A DNA stretch of 61,577 bases, counting the filler, from Sphacelaria rigidula (taxonomy: Eukaryota), in the NCBI GenBank assembly GCA_964200075.2. It is 11 parts of 11 records of this genome, joined end to end, with 100 filler letters (N's around TTAATTAATTAA, not from the genome) between each part and the next. Parts side by side here need not be neighbours in the genome. Positions count along the whole stretch, not along the records: positions 50,466 to 55,971 come from CAXNAA020026766.1; positions 56,072 to 61,577 come from CAXNAA020026767.1; 9 more parts are not named here. One strand, given 5' to 3'. Every line of letters begins with the position of its first letter. Positions within the stretch are counted from its first letter, which is position 1. A program made the translations under genes and the position numbers. The notes beneath the pieces were generated by a model, which was not told the DNA's origin, did no database searches, and worked only from the letters and a program-made list of their open reading frames with translations. Of this stretch, positions 51,019 to 61,577 are shown one piece after another.

Positions 51019-51508
51019 AATATCCTTTTTGCAGGGATAATGCGACACAGTTACACAGAGCGAAACCATATTTCCCCCCGAAACTCTGCAGCAATGGATC
51101 AGTTGTGGCTAGGTGCACCCAACGAATGCGGTGTACACGCGTGTCGATGACGATATCACCAGAGAGAAAAGCAACGACAGCGAGGAAGTTCCTCGCCCGT
51201 GTCCTTTGCGTGTCCTCGCTCGGCGATTACCAATCGCTCTAGGGACTGACATCATCGATGTTACCATGTGCCAGAATATCGAGGTGCGGAGATATTCCGT
51301 CTCTTCTTGCCTACGGAGCTCACCACTTCGAAAATCGATTTATCTCTTCCTCTCGTTTTGGACAAGACGCGCCTCTGTACGCTGAAAAACATGTTGAAAA
51401 ATAGGGCAATGCTCCCGTCACTATCCCTACTCTTCTGTGTCACACACATGCCAGCAAGGGCGGTGGTGCGGCGAAATCAACAGATATATCCAATTCGAAC
51501 TTGGGGGA

Positions 51509-51810
51509 TTTTTTGTTGTCTCACACTTTGAACCCCTCCCCTTCCTCGGGATGAGTCCGTGGTCTCAAGGGATCAACCCATCTCTCCCCCGATACGAACC
51601 TTTCATTTTTCTCTCGTGAATTGGATTGCCACTCCCGCACGGCGTCAACTCACGTCACTCAAACCCAGTCGACTACTATTTTTACTCACGTTCTCACGCT
51701 TTCTACGGTGGAAATGACACATTACGAAGAGAAACGACCAACGCGTCGGGAATCGAACCCTTGTTTTCTCCAGCCTCATGGCGACAGTCGGACCATTACA
51801 CCACCGGGAC
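51509..51810 (-). mobile_element. tRNA-derived SINE, full length
   Basis: Reverse complement carries A box TGGTGTAATGG and B box GGTTCGATTCCC; colinear with 24962-25265. Confidence 0.85.
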
Positions 51811-52261
51811 GCACCATTATTCACCGTTGATTTCACCCACATGTATGTGAGTGACCCTCTGGGTGCCCGACGACAAGAGTGTGCGAGACGCCAGTTGGGG
51901 ACGGGGGGTGTATGAGATATCAAACACTGGTGAAGACCTTCTTGACATGCGGAATGAAAAAACATGCCTATGGTAGTGATCTAACCGTTGCTAGCGTGGT
52001 GCAGAGGGATGCGTCCATGCTGCAATCTGGAGCACGCGCTGGCTGCGTGAACACGTCGGTACAGTAGCTTTCAAGAACAAATTCCGATATGAGGAGGTGA
52101 CGCATTACAACCCGGGGCGAGATATGACCCCACGAAGAACAAGGGTGCCCTATGATCAACCACTTGTTGTTGCAATTGACACCCACGCCATCAACCGCCT
52201 ACCGCAAAGGTCTTGTGGCTTTCAAGCAACGCTGGCGGCAGTACGACAGGCAAATCCGATC

Positions 52262-52783
52262 ATAGCTAGCTGTCTTGTCAGTGATCCAAATGTGATCGGC
52301 TGCTGGCTTCTCCTTGTCCACGTAGTCCCGCCATGCGGCATAAAACTCTCGCATGCGATCCTCTTGATCAGCCACAACTCGGCCGACCTCGTGGATGCGG
52401 CTGCTGCGCTCTACTAGCCACGGGTGCCTCCGCAGGAACAATTCGAGCCAGTTTCGGCCTGGGTCTACTGTCGGGTCCTATGGTACCGGTCGATTTTCGC
52501 TCCAGAGTGCCATAACCGCCTGTTTCAGGTCATCTCTAGTCAGGCCCAGTTGACGACCTGCGGCGAATATCAGGATATCTTCGATGAAACTTTCGTCCTC
52601 CGTCGATAGTACAGGGCGTGGGCCAACCCTGCTAGCTATGCTCACGCTACCACTGACACGCCTCTGCAGCGAAGCAAGGGAGATGTCAAAGGTCTTTGCA
52701 GTAGCGCGGAAGGTCATGCGACCGCTGCGTACCGCTCTTACGGCCTCTGCTGCACGTTCTGGATCCACCCTTGCTCTCCGCAT
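52262..52783 (-). pseudogene. Pogo/Fot1-like transposase N-terminus (psq-type HTH, CENP-B/Tc5 HTH, start of DDE)
   Basis: AVRAVRSGRMTFRATAKTFDISLASLQRRV...GPRPVLSTEDE...GRNWLELFLRRHP...IWITDKT (consensus IWNxDETG); one in-frame TAG at 52478-52480 separates the two listed ORFs. Confidence 0.8.
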
Positions 52784-54334
52784 GTTTAGCAGCGGATCGA
52801 CGAAAAGCTGATCTTGGAGAAAGACGCACACGAGCTTATTCGCAGTGCTGTGAGACTATGTTTTCTGGTGCTATAGGCACGTGGAGTAGGGCAAACCAAG
52901 TGCTGTGCTCTTGTGCGCACGCAGCGAAAAACAGAATGGAAAATGATCAATATTTCGCGAAGTTATGGACGATTGAAAAAAGGGTTCCTTGATTGGTACT
53001 GTTCCGAAATAGGGACGTTTACTCTATGCCCTAGCGAGGCCCCACCCAAAAATTTCAGTACACAAACACCGAACGTGGGCCGGTTAATGGCGTGCAAAAT
53101 ACTGTTCCGAATTTCACCGACCATTATTCTGAACGACATATTTGCAATTTAATACATTTAGAATTAGACCCTAATATTTTTTGTGGACCGTCGATAGGGC
53201 ATAATAGAAAAATGACGCATGGACTCCAAGTTTTCTTGTTTTTTCATGAGTTGGAGCCAGTAGTCAGTTTTCAGCTTTCAGTAAAATATCGTTAAGTCGT
53301 GAAAGGCAAATGGTCCATGAATAATGTTTTATTGATCTTTATTAATTGTCCATGCCAAATTTTAGAGTCCAACCCCAAGTATTAAAAAGCGAATGGGCCT
53401 GCAAACTTCAAATCCGCTTCTAGGCTGGCCCAGCTCGTACTACGAGTACTATCTGTACTTGTATTGCTGTCCGGTGTGCAGGCCCCAATTCTACAGTTTT
53501 TTTGTTTGTAATAATGTAAGCAGCTTTGTTATAAAAGCACTGTACTAAAATTGGTATAAACATAGCCGGTACCGGCAAACTTCAAATAAACTGGATAGAG
53601 TGGAGCCATCATCCCCAATTCCAGTTAAACTCAAATAATTCCAGTTCAATCGCCAGTACAAACTGGTCCAGTTCACAGCCCTAACATTCCTACGGTTGAT
53701 TCCCGAATATTTCCTGGTGACGTACACTGCGTCGTTGTATATCATCGCGTGTTTTATGTACGTATCACACAGTCGCCGTCATCGTCATCGTCCATGGAGA
53801 TGGAGATGGACGTATCGGCAGGGAACTTCTCTGTATTGTCACCACTCGCTTTGTTTGCCATCTTATCTGTCTGCTGCTGTGCTACGTGCTGTGCGCTGTA
53901 TGTGTACGCTGTGCTACCGTGCTGCAGACTTAACATTATACGCGTTTGTATTTCGTAGGATGTGCTTTCATGAAAACGTTTTTTAGACCCGCTTTTGATC
54001 ACACTGGCAGTTTTACGACTGTACTGTCATTAGTATTAATGCATGACTAGTTGCAGAGGATGCACGTATTGTGGCCCCGCGGTCAATGTTAGCAGAGTTT
54101 TCGCCCCAAATATTGCAGCAGGCCAGCATTTAGACCGGTGTGTCGACCCCTAACGTGGAAACTTATGCGCGATGATGCTGCTTGATGAATCCCCATGCCA
54201 TCTATGCTACTTGATAAAACGTTACAGTATGTTATTCATGGTACCAGTTTATGATACGAGTACCAAGGTGGAGTTACGCCCGTTATTGACGACGAACTTC
54301 AACCATTTTTGTGCGCGCATACGGCAGCAGTAAG

Positions 54335-54774
54335 AACACGGGATCTTACAAGTTGGGGATGGATCTTTATTTGGGGATGAGAAACCCGGAAAATTAAAAT
54401 CTTCATATCGACACCAAATCTTCGAAATACGGATCCATTTCCTCACCTACTGAAAGCTATTGACAACTGCTACACGCCATACAAACTTGTATCTCGATAA
54501 CTGAAATGTTGCGGTCCTGGGTGAAAAAATCATTTGAATCTTGGGTGTCCGAACGGACGCCGAAATGGTTCCGGAATTGGTTTTTCACCTAGGAACCCAA
54601 CATTTCGGTTATCGAGATCCAAATTTCTATGGTGTGTAGTAGTTGTCAATAGCGATCAGTAGGTGAAGAAATGGAACCATATGTCCAATATTTGGTGTGG
54701 ATACGAAGATTTTAATTCTCCGGGTTTCTCATCCCCAATGAAACATCCATCCCCAATTTGTACGATCCCGTGTT
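54335..54774. mobile_element. MITE family B: 440-bp near-complete palindrome, AACA...TGTT termini
   Basis: AACACGGGATC...GATCCCGTGTT; ~200-bp arms; flanks TAAG/AAAG; fragments at 39320-39498 and 22431-22480. Confidence 0.8.
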
Positions 54775-56530
54775 AAAGCATGAAAGACCTGCGCGGTGGG
54801 CAGGTCGTGGCCAGGCGCTCCTTAGTTGCTTCGAAAGAACATGCACAGCACGGATGTGTGTCCAGCAGAGGGCCAGCACCAAAGCTTATAACCGGGGTAA
54901 GCTGTGACTGATGTATGCTCATGCGTTTGTGCTACCCCCTGTCTGGAGCCCATATGATACAGCCCCCACTCACCAATGCAATGTTGAACTCCCGCGCGGA
55001 TAAGGCCCAGCGTCTTCACTAGTGTTTGCCCAATATTCCTCTGAACGGCCGCGCTATGCTCGACCGTATTTGAGATTACAGACTCAACGTGCATAGTCAA
55101 AACAAAGAGTCTTGACCCCTTCCTTGGCGCCCCGGTAACTAAACCTCGAAGAGCCAGGAGCTGCAGGTACCCCTCGACACAGTGCGTGTTGACGATACAA
55201 AGTACCGTACAGCACAGCACCGTAGAGGACAACACAGAGAGTTGTGCGCCTTGTGCGCATCGCTTCAAGTTTGAGGTGGAAACTTGTAGGAGGAACGTCA
55301 AGTTGCTTCTTACGGTACGGAGACAGCTGTACCGCGTGCTGTACTCCCGTCAGTGCTGTGCCGTTCTACCGCTGCTACAGCAACGGCACTCCCTGAAAGT
55401 ACTACTGACATTTTTGTTGCATTAGCTCCATCCGTCGAACTCGTGGTCACAGAATGCAATAAGGTATACAATTTACCATTTACGCCTTCGAAACAAAGAG
55501 CCCGCAGAGAAAGACGAGAAACAGGACATCTACACGAAAACAAAAGGGCAGTTACCAGCCCGGGGCTGCTGTGTGAATCACCTCGCAGAAAGTCCTTGGC
55601 AGATTTCGGCTGGTACGGCCGCTTTGTATAGTCCGAACGGAGTTACCGCGGACAAATACCCGTTTTGAGCAATTTACCGCAGGTTTTCGGCGGCATACAA
55701 CAAGATACTAGTGAGATTCAGAGCGTAATATCGGATTCAGAGTGGATGCTCTAGCGTTCCTTACAGGCAACCTTCTTCTTTTTATTGCTTGAGCACACGC
55801 CCTGTGCATACAGCTACCGTACAGAACCCCATTCGAGGAATTCGGCGATCTGGTTGGTGAGATACCGCACAAAGCATTTTTACGCCTGGGAGGGGCATGA
55901 CGGAACTAACAGGGTTGCCAGAAAAATGAGAACGTATTTTGAAATGATAATCAACCGCTCCCCGGGATTGTNNNNNNNNNNNNNNNNNNNNNNNNNNNNN
56001 NNNNNNNNNNNNNNNTTAATTAATTAANNNNNNNNNNNNNNNNNNNNNNNNNNNNNNNNNNNNNNNNNNNNCTATCAACTTGGCGCAGTACACGCGCCGC
56101 CCTGCTCCTGAGAGCTTCGGCCCTAGAGTTCCGATTCTTGCTGTTCATTACAGCTCTTGTTTGCACGCATTTTGCTGTGTCAATTGCGATCGCGTCAACC
56201 AACCCGCTTTGCTGTGCATTATTCGCCAGCCCGTGCTTTGCACACAGGGATCTACGGTAGTCCGTGTTACAGAACTTCACACTCAGGCCTCGCGGGCTCG
56301 CGCACATTGCCCCGTTGCCCGTTCGTTCTGCCAATAGGGTTTTCCCCCCTGTACCGTTGCTACAGGAACACCGCACAGGGTGAATCGGATTGTCAGCAGG
56401 TTTTTTCCGTCCGTCCCGTGTGCTTCGCACATCTTTTGAACAGCGCCGTACAAGCCTGTTGGATTTTGCACCGTGATCAGCACTTTATTTTGACTGCTGA
56501 TAAGTTTCGCGTGCTGAAATGTTTTTTTTC

Positions 56531-56830
56531 CTGCTTTCACTGGCACACCGTTTCACAAAGTACAGACGGTAGGTTGTCTTCGTTTCTACCTGTTGGACAT
56601 TGCGCCACGGCCCCGCACTTTTGACTGGGTGCAAAATTGTTTCGAGGGCTAAATGGTTTCCCTGCTTTTACCTGCACATCGTTTCCCAGAGTACAGACGG
56701 TAGGTTGTCTTCGTTTCTACCTGTTTAACTTCGCGCCGTGGCACAGCATTGACTGAGTGCATAATTTTCTCTGCTTTGACCGGCACATCGTTTTCCAGGG
56801 TTCAGACAGTAGGCTGCCGCCGCCTCTACG
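56531..56830 (+). repeat. Three degenerate tandem units (131 and 109 bp spacing) upstream of the gag-like ORF
   Basis: CTGCTTT.AC.GCACA.CGTTT...CAGACRGTAGGYTG at 56531, 56662, 56771. Confidence 0.65.
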
Positions 56831-56913
56831 GTACACATATTGTAAAAAACAAAATAGTGGAGCAGCTCTTAGTGTAGGATCTTCCATTACTGAATCGCAT
56901 CATTGTTCCCAAA

Positions 56914-59900
56914 TTGGGCCATCCCTTCAGGCACGAGCGTCATTTCTCCTTTTCGGTGACACACTACTGCCTTGCATTTCCCGTCAGGACATTAGTGGCA
57001 CCGGAAACATCTATAACCTATTCACAGTTTGACTACTTGCGCTTACAGATCGCGCCAAATAGCCCTGTTCCCCCTTCCGGCTCGGGAGGCACGCGGCCCC
57101 GCCGTACACGAAGTCAAACTATTACCCGTTCTCGTCATATGAGCGAAGGCGGTGCTTCACCTCCAGCTCTACGACAACAACCTAAGAGCGCTGCTCTATC
57201 TACCGGACTTGCAGACCAGCAGCCTGCGAAGTCAAGACTGCCTCACGACGTAGCATTCCGTGGCGGGTCGACATCAGACGCTACTCTTTCTACGGGACTT
57301 GAAGACGGGCGGACCACAATATCAAACGTGCGTCACGACGTACCACTCCGTGGTGGCTCTAAGGCAGTTGCGACTGCAACGCCCATGTCTCACGATGTAA
57401 CATCCCGTGACGATCCGATACTGGCTTGTGCCGAAGCACCCCTCTCACTGAGGGATGCTTCCGCGGATGCGTTCTGGTATCCGCGGCTAGGCTGGCGCTC
57501 AGTTGAGCCCATAGCGGTGGGTTCTCCCCTGGCGCCCAGTTCAGAAAAAAATAATATTTCTCCGTCCCAGCCGAAGCGGCACGCTTCCGCCGTTCGAAAT
57601 CCTGCCACGGATGTTGCTTCCGTTGGAAGTTCTCACTCTACGACCTCTAGTAGTCCAACGCGTCGCACTTCGTCATCTGCGTCCGGAACCATGGTTGAGG
57701 CCACGATTTTGGCACTTCAGAACTCAACCCAGGCTCCATCTGTTTCCGTCGACGATCCTGGCACAAATTTTGCCATGGCACTCAAGACGTTCTACGACGC
57801 CATGATACATACTCAGGCACGCCCCTCTTATGCGCATATTGTCCGCGGGGCTCAAACTACAGAAATTGCCGCCGCACGTGATGACCCCCCAGTCGCTACT
57901 GCGCGGTCTATGCAAACCCTGAGAAAAAGCCAAGATAGGGGTAACTCTCGTCCTTCTTCCGCTCCCTACAGAAGCGGGATCCGTACCTCACACTACCGTA
58001 ACTCGACGCGGCGCGTTCGGCACGACAACGACAGCCATTCTCCCGGGGGTAGCCCAGGGCACAGCCGTCCATCCTCACGTGATTCTAGGACGTCATCCAG
58101 CAATAGCCACACAAGTGGTCGTGCGCCGTTCATTCGGCACCCGCAGCACCGACAACACATGCGTAATGACCAGAACGTGCATGCAGATGGCGTAAGAAAT
58201 ATCATTTCTGACCTATCGTCGGACCCAGCTTCCTAGATAGAGAAAGCTAGGGAAACCTCCTCTAATGAGTTCCGGCGCCATCATAGACGAGCTCGAGCTA
58301 CCCGCGATGTCCCATTCCGCTCTTTTGCTGATGCTACCGTATCCGTTTGCTACAACAACAGATATCTGATCTGCATCTAGTCATCAAACAGACCATGGAC
58401 TCATCAAAGACATCGGCCACCACTTCTTCGGCAATGACTGCGGCCATTACGGAGCACACTGCGGCGCCTGCCAAGACCACGGCGGCTCTGGCCACCCTAC
58501 CTGCCGCCCCGAGCACCACCGCGGTACCTTCGGCCGCAGTGACGGCCGCTCCTACCGCCGCCACTATCGCCGTCGAAGGCGCTCATAACAACAACAGGTC
58601 TGGTCTCCGACCATTGTTGTTGCAGCCCCTACCGCCGCCACTGCCTCCGTTGGCGGCGCCCCCACGACTGACAGGTCCCCGGGCAGGCCGCACCCTCAGC
58701 CGCAGCTCACCGCGGAGTTCTGCCCCACGGGGTATCTTATGGGCCTTTTTCTGGAACACGACCGTCAGATACAGGGTGACATCATCGCTCGTTACCGAGC
58801 CGCCACCCCGGTGCCAAACCCGCCGACCACCGCCCCGGCGCCGACTCTTACGGCTACCGCCCTGGCGCCGACATCGCGGGATACCCCCAATGCGAGCACA
58901 GCTGGCGAGAACGCGGTTTGCCTCCTCCGCGAGGAATTCAACACCCGGCAGGCTAACCTGCAACGAAATGCCACTACCGCTACCGCCGCCCACTCCGCTG
59001 CCCTTCGGGCTCACGCGGAACACCAAACGGTCGAAGCGGCCAGTAAACGTAAGGCGGAGGAGCTGGTGGCCCACATTACTCGAACCGCCGAGCACGCTGC
59101 GTCCGCGACGACACTATCAGACCATCAAGCGCTCGGGCGCACGCGACGTCGCTTCAGGCTCCCCCACCATCGGGCGCGGTCTCTTCGCCATTCGCGGGGT
59201 ACCGCATACCCCGCAAATCGGAAGCCGCCAGCCCTGGCGCGACGACGGCGAGCGAACCCCGCCTGTCTCTCTCCCCTCACGAGGCCACTTGGCTCGTGCA
59301 TCTATACGAGATTTCTCCGCCGACGTTTCGGCGGATAATCCCCTCCAGAGCTCCAAGGCCGCGCGGACTACCGCCTACCATCGGGTCTTAGTTGCCTTGG
59401 ATCTACATCTGGACCAAGGCGCGCAACTTCCGGTGGCAGACCCGCATGCTCTGACGCTCGCCCAGCTTGTGGCACACGCCCAAATGGGCCCCAATGATGG
59501 TGCCGACACCTACAACAAAGCCACCCATAGCCTTTTGCATGCCTTACGGAACGCGTTTCAGCCCGGTACCTCCGCTGATGACGACAACGACAATGACGAT
59601 GACGGATGAAGTCCGGACACCGCAAACTGTCGGCCGCACAACCACAATGGCGACAATGATGACCGCCAGGGTGGCGGACGCGGGGGTCGCCGTGACCGTT
59701 CCGGGTCCTCCGGTGGTGGATGCCGAGGATCCGATTCTCGACGGACGGTCCGCAGCAAACAGTACCCAAACTGGGAACGTTCGGGATCTGGCTCGTCGGA
59801 CAGCTCGTCCCGCTATCCCCGTCACCGGAACGAGAGTCAACGACTGATCCGCCGTCAGTCAACTCTATCAATATCCGGCAAGAAACCCCTCATTTAGCTG

Positions 59901-61490
59901 ATGTTTCCCGCGAGTTATCAGGTTTGTCTGACACTGATGACGAATATCGATCTTTGTCTTCGACCTCGGCCCGCACTTTAGCTGCCGCCGCGGCTAGCCA
60001 AGCACAGACCGCAGCCCGCGAGGCTGCAGCAGCTGCTAAGGCTGAGGCTACTCGGGTAGCTGCTATCCAGAAAGAGTACACACAGATGGGTGTAAAAAAA
60101 CGTTGGCATATTAACACCATGCCCGCAGCGGACAATGAAAACTCATGACAGTTTACCTCGAGTCTTATTCACTCCATTCGTCGTACTGCACACAATATTC
60201 TGCAAATAGCGGATCGCACTGGTGCTCAGCGGTTCGAAGATTCCTTTTAGGTTGATGGTTGGCAGACGCCGTTACATAAGGCCCTACACCGCGCCATCTC
60301 CCGCCGCTTGCCTGACCTTGCCTCTTCACTGACGCAAATCATCGATGGATTCATTGCAGCGATAGATTCGAACCGTGCCTCGGGGCGAGCTGGCTCAATG
60401 ATACTCCGTGATTTGGAGCGGCGTTTGACCGGCTATTTCGATCGTAGTACCCAGGGCAGCTCCATTCAGCGACTAAGTTCGTTTTGTGCCGCTACGGACG
60501 TGCCTTTTTCCGACCACCTTCGTCAGTTCAGGTTGTTGGTTTCCAGCCCTTTGGGATCTGGACGCCAAAGTGGGCCTTCTGATTCCATGTGTCAGTCTTA
60601 TGTCCGTACGAGTGTGTCTGAGCAGTTCCCGGCATGGATGCCGTCGTTATTTCCGGGTGCCCTAGCACACCGCGAGGTGCCTTACGCCTCCGTAGACGCA
60701 ATGTGGACAGCTTTTGTCCATCAAGAAAGCAATCTTACTCCCGCCATTCGGGGTGACAAATATTTGTCTCCGCGTTCACAGCCTGCCACTGTCTCCTCCG
60801 CGAACACCTACGGGTCTCGCGGACGGAATTCGAGTTCATCTCGTGCTACATGGACCCCGCCTCTGTCGCCGGTTCAGTCATGAGTGTTAGAGGTAACAAA
60901 GACCCTTTCTGCGCAAGTTTTGACGCATGGCCGTACTCTGAGGAGACATAGGACGGTGTTTATTTGACTTCTACAACAGCTTTTGTTACGGATTATCCCC
61001 ATTTGTGGAACCCGCTTCTGTCTTCTTCGGCTAGACACGACGCTTTCAGCCGCCACGCCAACAAATGTATCAATTGCAATGTACAAGGCCACAGCATACG
61101 TGACTGTGACAACTCATACATAAATGCGTTCGATCTCATTAACTCTGAACTACAGAGCAATGAACCCGCGTGGCGCTGATGGCAGAAACGCATGCGCGAC
61201 TATCGCACTCCAAATCGTATAATCGCCACCATTCGAATTCTCGCGGAAACTATCGCTCTAATCGCGAGCGCCGACATAGGAGCAACCATAGTTCTGGCGT
61301 TCGCCAGCGACATAGTATTTCTCGCGCCAATCATGGTTCCGCTGATAGACACCAGCGAACGGGACCGACACATAGCTCGAACCCCGACACCAGAAACCCT
61401 GGTACCTTGACTTCGGATCGCTTAGATCCATGACACGACAACGTCGGCGTCCCAAAGTCTTCGGCGCCGCCGACAGCACTTTTGAAGACC
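56914..61490 (+). pseudogene. Very long gag-like ORF of a Gypsy family (same family as 17470-22216), broken by stops and frameshifts
   Basis: Consecutive same-strand low-complexity ORFs (440 aa, 420 aa, 191 aa), intact CINCNVQGHSIRDC knuckle at 61066-61107; 59577-61490 colinear with the gag of contig 4, which continues into protease/RT. Confidence 0.7.
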
Positions 61491-61577
61491 TTTTTTATCA
61501 CAGCCGAGCAATGCTACGGTAGGGGTGCACTTTTTTCGCGAATTTTTGTATGATTCAGGGGCTCCTAACGATTCTAG

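Noticed and set aside
54974..55160. Possible minus-strand exon (CTGCAG| ... |GTGAGT, 187 bp open)
   Set aside because: Good splice sites but no recognisable motif or partner exon; cannot be supported.
17470..61490. One giant element or cluster spanning the Gypsy fragments
   Set aside because: The fragments lie on different contigs joined artificially; only family-level homology (contigs 4 and 11) is supported.

Overview
This window is not one locus. It is 11 short contigs of steadily decreasing length (5508, 5508, 7x5507, 2x5506 bp) joined by identical 100-bp spacers (N44-TTAATTAATTAA-N44), so adjacency across spacers carries no biological meaning. The DNA is eukaryotic, intron-containing and transposon-rich; a brown alga or other stramenopile is my inference. 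Two host genes can be reconstructed from phase-consistent GT-AG exons: a 5-exon, 3'-truncated GT23/GT11-type fucosyltransferase (39747-43743, minus) and two exons of an OSCA/TMEM63-like channel (24638-27857, minus). Most of the rest is mobile DNA. There are four decayed Ty3/Gypsy fragments, a Pogo/Fot1-like transposase pseudogene, an internally deleted Stowaway/DD39D-type mariner, and hAT-, Harbinger-, piggyBac- and Sola-like MITEs (many are near-complete hairpins). There is also a tRNA-derived SINE family, (AAT)n-tailed retroelement 3' ends and interstitial TTAGGG. Most notable: (i) a Gypsy integrase whose C-terminus, after excising a nested MITE, shows a chromodomain followed by a Tudor-like motif; (ii) two unrelated MITE families sharing an unusual AACA...TGTT terminus with a 4-bp TSD. 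All family assignments come from motif recognition by eye; no database search was run.
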